Assembly: GCA_041498975.1 (NCBI GenBank)
Contig: JBGQJI010000022.1
Coordinates: forward strand, 1 to 26,052
Length of the DNA stretch: 26,052 bases
Direction of reading: 5' to 3'
DNA from: Candidatus Methylomirabilis sp.
GTDB taxonomy: Bacteria > Methylomirabilota > Methylomirabilia > Methylomirabilales > Methylomirabilaceae
Shown here: piece by piece, positions 1 to 8,788 of the stretch
How positions within the stretch are numbered: the first letter of the stretch is position 1
Layout: the number at the start of each line of letters is the position of its first letter
Notes under the pieces: generated by a model
The model's database searches: none
Told to the model about the DNA's origin: nothing
What the model saw: only the letters and a program-made list of their open reading frames with translations
Made by a program: the position numbers and the translations under genes

Positions 1-143
1 ACCTCCAGGCTCCCGGCGGCACCGCCGGTTTTGCTCGAAATGGTGCTCACCGAGGCCGTCGGCCCTGCCGGCGACGCGGCTGACGACACCAGGACGACCA
101 AGGCCACAGAGGTCCATCCCGTGAAGCATGCCCTTCGTTTCAT
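1..143 (-). CDS. Secreted protein, 5' part only (runs off the window edge)
   Basis: ATG at 143 is preceded by a GAGGAGG RBS. It reads MKRRACFTGWTSVALVVLVSSAASPA..., a basic N-terminus plus hydrophobic stretch consistent with a signal peptide. The frame is open to position 1. Confidence 0.65.
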   Translation of the reverse strand, partial: MKRRACFTGWTSVALVVLVSSAASPAGPTASVSTISSKTGGAAGSLE

Positions 144-233
144 GATCCGCCCTCCTCTTCACACCCGCTGCCCCTCCGGGTCACCCGGCGGTCAGGAAAA
201 ACCTTCATCCATCGTCCGACAAGCCGACGCGCC

Positions 234-923
234 TCATCTGGCCCCGCCCACCTCTCCTTTGGAGGCGGGCGGCACCTCCCCCTGATCGTCTTGTATCATT
301 GATGCCGTATCCCTGTCCAGGATCTTCGCCGCGCGCTCGAATCTCCAGGCGTTACCGGGCGGTATCTTCCCTCCTCGTTCTGCCTTGCGCTGAAGCCCGT
401 GAGGCACCCCTGGAGGGCCGCCCTTTTCCTCGAATCGCTTCTGCTCCCCAGGATTGAGCGGCCGATAGGGTTTCTCCGCCCTCTCCTGGGCCTGATCGGG
501 GCTACCCCCGGCCGAAAATGTTGTGACCTCCCGCGGCCCGCTGGCGGCCAGGATGTCTACCTGTTCGACACGCGGCTCGCCGCCTGCTTCGGTGGCGAAA
601 TCGATGCGGTAGTTTCGGCTCTGAAGCTGGTGGATGAGCCGCCGCAGCCCCCGCTCCAGCGGCAGGTTCTCGAAGCGGGCGGTCACAGGGGCCGCGAGCA
701 GCGTCCTGTCCAGCCGGATGACGATCTTCCCCTGGTCGGCGATGGCGCCGAACACCTCGCCCGCCGGGGCTTGCTCCAGGACCACAGAGAGGACTTCTCC
801 CTCCACCCGTACCTGCCACTTGTGATCCGCCTGTGGCGGCTGCTCGGCTTCGATCGGCGTGCCGAGGGAGCCGAGCAGCACGAACAGACCAAGCGCCAGC
901 GCCGCTCCTTTCGGCCTCATCAT
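234..923 (-). CDS. Secreted protein with an STN (secretin/TonB short N-terminal)-like domain
   Basis: Start reassigned to MMRPKGAALALGLFVLL (signal peptide, GGAAAGGTGG upstream). The segment LSVVLEQAPAGEVFGAIA...PVTARFENLPLERGLRRLI...NY resembles the STN/N0 pattern. The C-terminus has PPGVPHGLQRK..GGKIPPG. Confidence 0.6.
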   Translation of the reverse strand: MMRPKGAALALGLFVLLGSLGTPIEAEQPPQADHKWQVRVEGEVLSVVLEQAPAGEVFGAIADQGKIVIRLDRTLLAAPVTARFENLPLERGLRRLIHQLQSRNYRIDFATEAGGEPRVEQVDILAASGPREVTTFSAGGSPDQAQERAEKPYRPLNPGEQKRFEEKGGPPGVPHGLQRKAERGGKIPPGNAWRFERAAKILDRDTASMIQDDQGEVPPASKGEVGGAR

Positions 924-940
924 CCGGCCACCTTTCCCTG

Positions 941-1879
941 CTACCACTGACTCAGTTCGCGAGGAACGGCCGGCGTTTCCTCCCGGGCCTGAGCCCCCTG
1001 CGCCTTTTCCCGCCCCTGTCGCCGCTTGCCCGCGGCATCGAAGATGGACAGGGCCTCCATTTGTAGATCCTGCGAGTGCAGTCCCACCTGACTCGCCAGG
1101 TTTCCCCACCCGATCCCCGGGCGCGCCTCGACCTGGCCGATGAAGTCCGCCAGGCTCTGGAAAAAGACCTTTTCCTTATCTTCCTGGGCGACGGCGCCGA
1201 ATTCGAGGAGCCGGTCGGTCTTCTCCTTGGCAAGGATCAAGAGGATCACGCCCGACCTTGGAGTCCCCTCCGCGATCGGCCCTAGCGCTCCCCACGCGAC
1301 CTTCAGCGTGTCGGGGCGAACCCGGAGCCGCTGCAGCAGCGGCTGAACCAGATCCTCGGGGACCTCCCTCGGCCTGGCGGCACGGATATCCGGCACCGAC
1401 CGGCGGGCGCCAGCGGCAGGCCTCATGGCCTCACTCACGGTGTTACTGGCCTGCTTGGTCACATCGTGGACGTCCAGGCCCAGCTCGCCACTGATGACCT
1501 CCCTCCAGTTCTGACGCGTCCTGCGCTTCTCCAGGAACTCGCTGATGCTGGCCCGGAAACTTTTCTCCACCTCATCCTTCGTGATTTTTTCCTCCCTGAA
1601 CAGCCGGAGGGTCCGCTTATGCGCGAAGATCAATACCAGCACCGCATCCCTTGTCTTTACCCCTTCCCGCCTGAACTCCGGCACCACGCTCTCAACGAGC
1701 CCCGGCTCCAGACCAAGGAACGTGGCCACCCGACCATAGAAGGCCGCCGCCTCCGCTTCCACTTCTGGCCGGGAGGGGCCGTTCTTGGCCCCCTCCTCGG
1801 CGAACGCGAGGCTCGCGAAGCAGAGGGCCGCCGCCGCGATGATGAAAAAACCCTTTCCCGTTCCCGCATGATGCCTCAC
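941..1879 (-). CDS. Secreted hypothetical protein with two copies of a helical domain
   Basis: The GTG start overlaps the upstream TGA (GTGA coupling). Signal peptide ends in LAFA. An internal duplication is visible. Confidence 0.8.
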   Translation of the reverse strand: MRHHAGTGKGFFIIAAAALCFASLAFAEEGAKNGPSRPEVEAEAAAFYGRVATFLGLEPGLVESVVPEFRREGVKTRDAVLVLIFAHKRTLRLFREEKITKDEVEKSFRASISEFLEKRRTRQNWREVISGELGLDVHDVTKQASNTVSEAMRPAAGARRSVPDIRAARPREVPEDLVQPLLQRLRVRPDTLKVAWGALGPIAEGTPRSGVILLILAKEKTDRLLEFGAVAQEDKEKVFFQSLADFIGQVEARPGIGWGNLASQVGLHSQDLQMEALSIFDAAGKRRQGREKAQGAQAREETPAVPRELSQW

Positions 1880-2499
1880 GGCCGTCCTCCTCCGGCGGGC
1901 TTCTCCTGTGGCCGATCCTGACTCCCTCCCTCGGCCTCTTCGCTTTCCTCCGCGGCCCCCTCCGGCTCCTCTTCTATCTCCCGCTCTAGGACCGGGGCCG
2001 TCCGAGATACGCCCGGTCTCTCCGAGTAGAACCCGATGATCTCATTGGCCTTTGCAACGGCCGCCCTGAGATCCACCTTCGTTCCGGTATTCTGGACAAG
2101 AACCAACCACCCTGCTTTCTCCTTTTCGACCAGGCCGAGCAACGAGTCAGTGCTCCCCTGAAGAGCCTGCATTCGCTGTTCCTTCGTGAACTTCCCTCCG
2201 TCGATCAGGTGGTCCGCCCTGGTCTTGGCGAGCAGGAGCAGCACGATCGTCTCTCGCAGAGGAAAGCCTCTGTCCTCCAGCGATTGGAGGAGCGACTTCG
2301 CCTCCCCCTCCTTCACGCCAAGCCCCCTGCCCAGGTTCGCATAGATGTCTCTGCGGGGAAGCGTCCGTTGGACAGGCCGGTCGCCCCGGGGAGGCGGCGG
2401 TTGGGCGAGGCCATCGGTCGCCGATGCGACGAGCCCTGCAACGAGCAAGGTCACCACGAAGAACTGCGAAGATCGAACGAGTGGTCTATTGGCGAGCAT
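1876..2499 (-). CDS. Secreted hypothetical protein, one copy of the same helical domain, acidic tail
   Basis: ATG with GAGGAG RBS and a signal peptide. Similar to both repeats of 941..1879. Confidence 0.8.
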   Translation of the reverse strand: MLANRPLVRSSQFFVVTLLVAGLVASATDGLAQPPPPRGDRPVQRTLPRRDIYANLGRGLGVKEGEAKSLLQSLEDRGFPLRETIVLLLLAKTRADHLIDGGKFTKEQRMQALQGSTDSLLGLVEKEKAGWLVLVQNTGTKVDLRAAVAKANEIIGFYSERPGVSRTAPVLEREIEEEPEGAAEESEEAEGGSQDRPQEKPAGGGRP

Positions 2500-2573
2500 C
2501 GATCATCTCCTCATTTCCTCTGGCTCAACAACACTTTGATGGTGATGGCAAATGGGAGCGAATCTCGGCGCTA

Positions 2574-2602
2574 TGTATACTTGCAGCCGAGAAACCTGTC
2601 AA
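2574..2602 (-). promoter_or_regulatory. Putative sigma70 promoter
   Basis: Minus strand TTGACA-17 nt-TATACA, about 75 nt upstream of the 2499 start. Confidence 0.6.
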
Positions 2603-2649
2603 GGAAGAAACCCACGCCTGGCCCATCTGCCAAGCCGTGACGACCTTTG

Positions 2650-3495
2650 CTAGCGCGCTTGGATCTTGCCCAGCGCCAGCTCGGCCGCTCTGGAGACATC
2701 CGGGCTCGGATCGCGAGTCGATAGCCCCCGCAAGTCCGGGGCCGCGGCCTGCGCCGTCGGCCCGAGCAAGCCAAGAGCCCATGCGGCGGTCTCCCGTTCG
2801 TTGGCGCTGCGGCTCCTGAGCGCCTGGACCAGTGCGGGGACCGCGTCTGCGCCGAGCCGCTTGAGCGCATCGCCCGCTGCCTGCCGCACGCTGGCCGCCG
2901 GGTCCTGCAGGGCGTCGAGCAACTCGGGTACCGCGGCCTGCGGCACCGACTGCATCCGACCGATGGTCTCGGCCGCTGCCTTCCTGATCCTGGCATCGGG
3001 GTCCTTGAGGCCCTCGATCAGCCTGGGCAACTCCGCCCGTTCATTCCGGGCAACGGGATATGCCTCTTCATTCGGCAGGTCTTCGTCCGGGACTTCCACT
3101 GCTATCCCCTCCCGGGCAAGGGTCAGGGCTGCGGCTTGCCGCACGCTGGGGTAGGGGTCCTTCAGCGCCTGTTGCAGCGCGGGCACCGCCCGCATGATGG
3201 TCTTCTTGATCCGGCGAAGGGCGATGGCCGCCTCCTCCCGCACACGAGGGCTGGGGTCCTCGAGCAGCACCCTGGCGAGCGCCGGCACGCTGGGCCCGGG
3301 TTGAAACTTGGTCATGGCGAGGACCGCCTTGAGTCGATCGGCTTCGGTCGGGTCGTTGAGATGCGCCACCCACTCTTCGAACTTCCGCCCCTCGTACATC
3401 CGTTCGGCCCGGCACAGTCCTGGGACTGCCAGGCAGGCCAGACCAACAAGCAGAAACTGCAGGAAGAAGCCGTAATGCACTCGCCTGCGACTCAT
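2650..3495 (-). CDS. HEAT-repeat (PBS lyase-like) protein with signal peptide
   Basis: Repeats LKDPYPSVRQAAALTL, LKDPDARIRKAAAETIG and LQDPAASVRQAAGDAL. Start MSRRRVHYGFFLQFLLVGLACLA follows a GGGAGG RBS. Confidence 0.85.
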   Translation of the reverse strand: MSRRRVHYGFFLQFLLVGLACLAVPGLCRAERMYEGRKFEEWVAHLNDPTEADRLKAVLAMTKFQPGPSVPALARVLLEDPSPRVREEAAIALRRIKKTIMRAVPALQQALKDPYPSVRQAAALTLAREGIAVEVPDEDLPNEEAYPVARNERAELPRLIEGLKDPDARIRKAAAETIGRMQSVPQAAVPELLDALQDPAASVRQAAGDALKRLGADAVPALVQALRSRSANERETAAWALGLLGPTAQAAAPDLRGLSTRDPSPDVSRAAELALGKIQAR

Positions 3496-3756
3496 GATTC
3501 TTTTCCCTCCCGACGATACGAAGCCATGCTCAACGCTCCCGCCCAGAGATCCCGGCCACAACGAGCTCAGCTTCGACCGAACCCTGCTCCTGCGGGATCC
3601 TTGCGCAACGCTCGCCCCACAGTGGGCCAAAAAACAAAATGACACTGCGCCCCCGCGCCGCGGGTTCCCACAATGCCACTATGTGCGGTGTCCACGACAC
3701 CGTCGCATTCCTTTTTGGAGTGTGTGCAGCCGCTAGGGTACGTCCATTGTGTGCCG

Positions 3757-3785
3757 CTTCTATCACATCCCCCCGTCGGTGTCAA
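3757..3785 (-). promoter_or_regulatory. Putative sigma70 promoter
   Basis: Minus strand TTGACA-17 nt-TAGAAG with a TG extended -10. Confidence 0.45.
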
Positions 3786-3878
3786 GCCTTTCCCGCGCCG
3801 ACGGGCCACCGCCAGGGGTGAAAAGAGCCTCAACCCGATGATACTGGGTGCGCCTCCTCTGTCACTCGAAAACACCCC

Positions 3879-5876
3879 TCATGCACGGACCACCTGTGTC
3901 GCTGGGCGCAACGGCTCCTCTGCAGCGGCCGGGGCTTCCTTCGGCATCTGGAACGTCAGGAGCCTGGCGGAGCTCAAGACCACGGCCAGTGAGCTGCCCT
4001 GGTGGATCAAGGCGGCGCCCACCGGTTTGATGTAGTGTCTCATCCCGAAGTAGATGGAGATGAACGCGATCGCGAGCGAGAACCAGGTGTTCAGCCTGAT
4101 GACATCCTTGGTCACCCGGGAGAGCTTGATCACATCCACCAGCTTCTTGAAGTCCTGCGAGAGAAGCACGACGTCCGCCACCTCGATCGCCACGGCGTTC
4201 TCCACTGCCGCCATCGCGATCCCGAGGTCGGCCTTCGCGAGGGACGGGGCGTCGTTGATGCCGTCGCCCACCATGGCCACCACGTACCCCTCCTGCTGGA
4301 GCTGCTTGACCCGCTCGACCTTCGCCTCGGGCGACATCTCGGCGTGGACCTGCTGCTCGGCGATCCCGACAGCCCGCGCGATGGTCTTCGCGATCGGGCG
4401 GATATCCCCGGTCATGATCTCGATCCGCCGGATGCCGAGCTTCTCCAGTTCCTGAATCGTCTCTTTCACGTCCGCCTTGATGGTGTCGAAGAAGACGACG
4501 GCTCCCAGCACGCGATCGTCGCGCGCCACCAGCGAGACGGTTTGCCCTTCCGCCCCCTTGGCGGCGATCACCTTTTTGGCGTCCTCCGGGACAGCGATCC
4601 CGTACTCAGCGAGCAGGCGTTCGTTGCCCACCAGGAGCCGCTGTCCCTGAGACTCGGCGGTGACGCCCAACCCGAGCTTGAGCTTGAAGCCGGTCGGGTC
4701 CGGGACCCGCATCCCGCGCCGCTCGGCCTCCCGGCAGATCGCCTTCCCCAGCGGGTGCTCCGAGAACTTCTCGGCGAGGGCAGCAGTAGCAAGGACATCC
4801 TCCTTGTTTTTTCCGCCGAAGGGGATCACCTCCTCGACCCGGTGGACCCCGAAGGTGATCGTGCCGGTTTTGTCCAGGACGATGCAGTCCACCCTTGCAG
4901 CCCGCTCCATGACCGCGCCGCCCTTGATCAGCATCCCCCGCTTGGCAGCGTTCCCCAGGGCCGCCACGAATGCGGTAGGGGTGGCCAGGATGAGGGCGCA
5001 GGGGCACGCCAGCACGAGGACCGTGATGGCCACCTTCACCTCGATGAAGAAGTAGGCCCACAGGGCCAGGAGGAGTGCCGCAGGCATGAGCCACTGGGTG
5101 ATCTCGTCGATGTACCGCGTGACCTCCGCCTTGCTGGCGATCGCCTGCCGCACCAGCCTGACGATCGCCGCGACCATCGTCTGCTCGCCCTTCTTCGTGA
5201 CCTCGACCTCCAGCACCCCGAGCTGGTTGATCGTCCCGGCAAACACCATCTCCCCCGTCCGCTTCACGACCGGCATGAACTCCCCCGTGAGCGGGGCCTG
5301 GTCCACCGAGCTCTCCCCTACCCGGATGATCCCGTCCACGGGGATCTTCTCCCCCGGCTTCACAAGGACCCGCTCACCCACGGCCACAGCCCTCGCCTCG
5401 ACAACGACCTCCCCCTCCGCCCTCCGGACCCGCGCGGTATCCGGGGTGATCGTGACGAGACTCAGGATGGACTTCCGAGAGCGGTCAATGATCAGCTCCT
5501 CGAGGACGATCCCCACCTCGATGATGAGGGTAATGGTGGCGGCCGCGAACCACATCGCCTGGGAGACCGCCGCCGACACCGCGATCGAGACCAGGACCTC
5601 CACGCTCAGGAGCCTGCCCGACTTGATCGCCCGCGCGGCCTGGATAAAGAGAGGGGGAGCCCCGATAAACAGGGCGAATGGCGTCAGGTCGATCTGCTTC
5701 GGGACATCGAACCAGTTCGCGACGAGGATGAGCGCTTGGACGAGGAGGAAGGCGACCATGACGCGCCTGTCCTCCAGGCTGAGCCCCGTTTCGGCGATCC
5801 GATGGGTCTCCCAGCTCTCGTCTTCGATGATCCCTTCGTGGTGGCCGTGGTAATGTTCTTGAGGTGCGTTTGCCAT
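3879..5876 (-). CDS. Heavy-metal translocating P1B-type ATPase
   Basis: Motifs TGE, CPC, DKTGT, SEHPL, TGD and GDGINDAP. His-rich N-terminus (EHYHGHHE), no CxxC HMA domain. Start at ATG 5876 (AAGGGG RBS); GTG 5891 is an alternative. Confidence 0.95.
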   Translation of the reverse strand: MANAPQEHYHGHHEGIIEDESWETHRIAETGLSLEDRRVMVAFLLVQALILVANWFDVPKQIDLTPFALFIGAPPLFIQAARAIKSGRLLSVEVLVSIAVSAAVSQAMWFAAATITLIIEVGIVLEELIIDRSRKSILSLVTITPDTARVRRAEGEVVVEARAVAVGERVLVKPGEKIPVDGIIRVGESSVDQAPLTGEFMPVVKRTGEMVFAGTINQLGVLEVEVTKKGEQTMVAAIVRLVRQAIASKAEVTRYIDEITQWLMPAALLLALWAYFFIEVKVAITVLVLACPCALILATPTAFVAALGNAAKRGMLIKGGAVMERAARVDCIVLDKTGTITFGVHRVEEVIPFGGKNKEDVLATAALAEKFSEHPLGKAICREAERRGMRVPDPTGFKLKLGLGVTAESQGQRLLVGNERLLAEYGIAVPEDAKKVIAAKGAEGQTVSLVARDDRVLGAVVFFDTIKADVKETIQELEKLGIRRIEIMTGDIRPIAKTIARAVGIAEQQVHAEMSPEAKVERVKQLQQEGYVVAMVGDGINDAPSLAKADLGIAMAAVENAVAIEVADVVLLSQDFKKLVDVIKLSRVTKDVIRLNTWFSLAIAFISIYFGMRHYIKPVGAALIHQGSSLAVVLSSARLLTFQMPKEAPAAAEEPLRPATQVVRA

Positions 5877-5896
5877 GATCGTCCCCTTCACTAACT

Positions 5897-6415
5897 CTAG
5901 CTAGACTCGAGCTTCACAAGAGGCCTGACAACAGCGACGACGAGGGAGAACAGCGAGAGATAGTAGATCGCCGAGATAATGATCCCCGGGAAGTGAACGT
6001 CCCAGTAGTAGTCGGCCTGGAGCGGATATTCGGTCAGGGTCGAGCGAAGGTCGTCGAGGGCCTGATTATATTCCACGGCGGTGATCTTTTTCTCGGGGTT
6101 CCCGCTGAGGAACTCCTTCGACAGCATGTCGGCTCGATCCTTTGTGCGCTCGAGCGACTTATTGATGAGGCTCATGTCGTTGGCGGGCGATTTGAAGATC
6201 AGGGCGGCGTAGCCATGAGTAAACCCCCAACGCTTCATGCCATCTACGGCATTGCCGAGGTAGCCCGCCATGTCCTCGGCGTGGGAGGACACCGCCGCCC
6301 TTATCACCCAGTCGTAGGTGTCGTACCAGATCCGGTAGTTAATGTAGTACCACACGCCGTAGTTGAGGGCGAACACGGCAAGGCTGATCCATACCATCTT
6401 CGGGACGCGTCGCAT
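5897..6415 (-). CDS. Hypothetical membrane protein (N- and C-terminal TM helices), paralog of 6524..7120
   Basis: Hydrophobic ends and shared motif DW.IRA..S.HA.D...Y...A..GM..W....GYAALI.KSP.NDM. Confidence 0.85.
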   Translation of the reverse strand: MRRVPKMVWISLAVFALNYGVWYYINYRIWYDTYDWVIRAAVSSHAEDMAGYLGNAVDGMKRWGFTHGYAALIFKSPANDMSLINKSLERTKDRADMLSKEFLSGNPEKKITAVEYNQALDDLRSTLTEYPLQADYYWDVHFPGIIISAIYYLSLFSLVVAVVRPLVKLESS

Positions 6416-6523
6416 CTCTTTTCACCCCTTTGAATTGGTTGCCTTCCTGTTGAACCGCTTCTGTTCAAGTCCACTCCGACCGCCCTCCGCTGACGGTCTC
6501 GGCCGTCGTGAGCCGGCGACAAC

Positions 6524-7120
6524 CTAGCCATACCAAAACGCCTTGAGCAGCCCGATGAAGAACGGGGCGATGAAGGCCAGGTCCACCCACGTGACCTCCT
6601 TCACCAGAGGGCGAATGATTCCGTACCCGAAGAGGATCAGGCCGGCATAGAAGACGACCTCGAACGGCAGCCCGATCCTGATCAGCCAGAGGTAGTGCGC
6701 CGGGGCCTTCAACGGAAGGGTGGAGTACAGAAGCCGGATATCCTTGAGGGTCTGGCCGTACTCGTGGTCGCTCTGACGGAAGGGAGAGCCCGGGGAATCG
6801 TACTTTTCCGCAATCGCCTGAAGACGCTCGTAAGTGCGGTGCATCCCCTTATACATGAGCCCCATGTCGTTGCGCGGGGACTTCCAGATGAGCGCGGCAT
6901 ATCCGGAATTGACTTCCCAATTCTGCATTCCCTGCAGCGCATGCTCGATATACTTCGCAGCGTCGCCCGCGTGCCCGGAGAGCTCCGCCCGGACGATCCA
7001 GTCCGCGGTGTCCCGGTAGAGGTAGTAGTTGGTCATGAACTCGGCGCTCCAGGCCATCAGGGCGATGTTCATCCCCAAGATGCTGATAAACGGAATCTTA
7101 AGCAGATTGACGACTTGCAT
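6524..7120 (-). CDS. Hypothetical membrane protein, paralog of 5897..6415
   Basis: GGAGGGGAG RBS, the same motif, and one extra C-terminal hydrophobic segment. Confidence 0.85.
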   Translation of the reverse strand: MQVVNLLKIPFISILGMNIALMAWSAEFMTNYYLYRDTADWIVRAELSGHAGDAAKYIEHALQGMQNWEVNSGYAALIWKSPRNDMGLMYKGMHRTYERLQAIAEKYDSPGSPFRQSDHEYGQTLKDIRLLYSTLPLKAPAHYLWLIRIGLPFEVVFYAGLILFGYGIIRPLVKEVTWVDLAFIAPFFIGLLKAFWYG

Positions 7121-7196
7121 CTCCCCTCCAAACTTTATGTAAGCGAGACGATTGACGGAGACTGGGCCGGTCGATTCGTCACGAAACGCGGCATTT

Positions 7197-7226
7197 CGTA
7201 TACCAGACTCTCGGAGCGTCTGTCAA
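7197..7226 (-). promoter_or_regulatory. Putative sigma70 promoter of the paralog-paralog-ATPase operon
   Basis: Minus strand TTGACA-18 nt-TATACG with a TG extended -10. Confidence 0.55.
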
Positions 7227-7355
7227 GGGAATTCGGGCTTGTTGGGCTCGTCATTTAAATATTGTAAACCGGCATGGGTCACACCTCTCTAGACACCGCC
7301 GCCAATGGCCGAGTCACTGACCGGGCTGCAGACGTGTGAGCGCTGGAGATTGAGT

Positions 7356-7384
7356 TTGCATTGCGCGGGTGGCGAGTGTATTCT
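7356..7384 (+). promoter_or_regulatory. Putative sigma70 promoter of the ZIP gene
   Basis: TTGCAT-17 nt-TATTCT, about 70 nt upstream of ATG 7454. Confidence 0.45.
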
Positions 7385-7453
7385 CGCAAGGATCTTTCCG
7401 GGTAAGATTGCCATCGCGACTCCCCTAGTGTCTCGACAGGAGCGACACCTCCG

Positions 7454-8182
7454 ATGGAAGCCCTCATTGTTTCCTTCAGCACCTTCATCTCCACCATGCT
7501 GGGTGGCCTCTTTGGCATTCGCCACCGAGATAGGCTGCATTTAATATTGAGTTTCACAGCGGGGGTCTTAATTGCTATCCCGTTCTTCGAGATTATCCCA
7601 GAAATTTTCTCCATCGCGACGGAGCACAAATTTGATGTCACGCCCGGGCTGATTGCGATCGTCATTGGATTCTTCGCCATTCACATCTTAGAACGGTCAG
7701 CGGTCATCCATCATGGGTTTCACGAAACCGAGTACGCGGAGCATAAGCATCCGCTCGTCGGCCTGATCGGGGCGTCGGGGTTGGTCTTCCACAGCTTCCT
7801 CGATGGGGTTGGGATAGGTCTCGCCTTTCACGTGAGCCGCCATGTCGGCTTCCTTGTCGCCGTGGCAGTAATCGCCCACGACTTTTCCGATGGTTTGAAC
7901 ACGGTAAGCTACATGCTGCTCCATAAGAATACACTCGGAAGGGCTCGGATGCTGCTCTTGGCGGATGCCACCACCCCGATCTTCGGGGCGGCCTCAACAT
8001 ATTTTTTCACCATCCCGGATCAGGTACTAGTCTTGTACCTCGGATTCTTCGCAGGCTTTCTGCTGTACATAGGGGCGAGCGATTTGCTGCCTGAGGCCCA
8101 TAGCGAGCACAGTTCATTCGCGATGGTTGGCCTAACCCTGTTGGGCGCTCTGTTCATTTTTGTCGTCACCAGGTTCACCTGA
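7454..8182 (+). CDS. ZIP (ZupT-like) divalent metal transporter
   Basis: About 8 TM segments, TM4/5 signatures HSFLDGVGIG and AHDFSDGLN, a His-rich loop HHGFHETEYAEHKH, and LLPEAH. Confidence 0.92.
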   Translation: MEALIVSFSTFISTMLGGLFGIRHRDRLHLILSFTAGVLIAIPFFEIIPEIFSIATEHKFDVTPGLIAIVIGFFAIHILERSAVIHHGFHETEYAEHKHPLVGLIGASGLVFHSFLDGVGIGLAFHVSRHVGFLVAVAVIAHDFSDGLNTVSYMLLHKNTLGRARMLLLADATTPIFGAASTYFFTIPDQVLVLYLGFFAGFLLYIGASDLLPEAHSEHSSFAMVGLTLLGALFIFVVTRFT

Positions 8183-8329
8183 TCCGGCCAGCAAGCAAAC
8201 ACCCGACATGTCAGGGCGACATCCCTGTTGGGCTCCACGCAAAAATGCTGCTGCTCGGCGCGTGAACCAGATGAGGACACAACCTGCAAGACCGTCGTGA
8301 CTCCAGCTCGCGCTGCAGCCTCGCCTCAC

Positions 8330-8788
8330 TCACCTTCGTTTCGCCGCCTTCATCCTTTTGACCGCCGGTGGCTTCACGGTCAAGACCGGACAGGGGGAGC
8401 GGCGCACCACCCGCTCGGCCACGCTGCCGAGCAACGCATGCGCGAGTCCGGTCCGCCCATGGGTCCCCATGACGATGAGATCGATCCGTTCCTTTTTTGC
8501 GAGCGTGGTGATCTCGATGTCCTCTACACCAACCCTCACCACGGGGTGCAACCTCACCTCGTGCTCTTTACTTGTCTTGAGCTGCTCTCTGAGGCTGGTC
8601 TCGGCATGCTTGACCATGAGGTCGATCAGTTGCCGGACGTTGTATGGACGCATCTCCGGAAAGGAGTGGACGACATGCACGAGATACAGGTCCGCGCCGA
8701 ACTTGCGGGCAATGCCCAATCCGTACTGAAACGCGGATTTGGCATTGTCAGAGAAATCGGTCGGAAACAGAATCCGCCTGATTTGCAC
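8330..8788 (-). CDS. Universal stress protein (UspA family)
   Basis: ILFPTDFS...DLIVMGTHGRTGL...LLGSVAERVVRRSPCPVLTV. GTG start at 8788 follows an AGGAGG RBS. Confidence 0.95.
   Translation of the reverse strand: MQIRRILFPTDFSDNAKSAFQYGLGIARKFGADLYLVHVVHSFPEMRPYNVRQLIDLMVKHAETSLREQLKTSKEHEVRLHPVVRVGVEDIEITTLAKKERIDLIVMGTHGRTGLAHALLGSVAERVVRRSPCPVLTVKPPAVKRMKAAKRR

Noticed and set aside
4002..5894. 630-aa plus-strand ORF
   Set aside because: Antisense shadow of the P1B ATPase.
7251..7270. AT-rich palindrome ATTTAAAT as a metalloregulator operator
   Set aside because: Too short to match a Zur, Fur or ArsR box convincingly.
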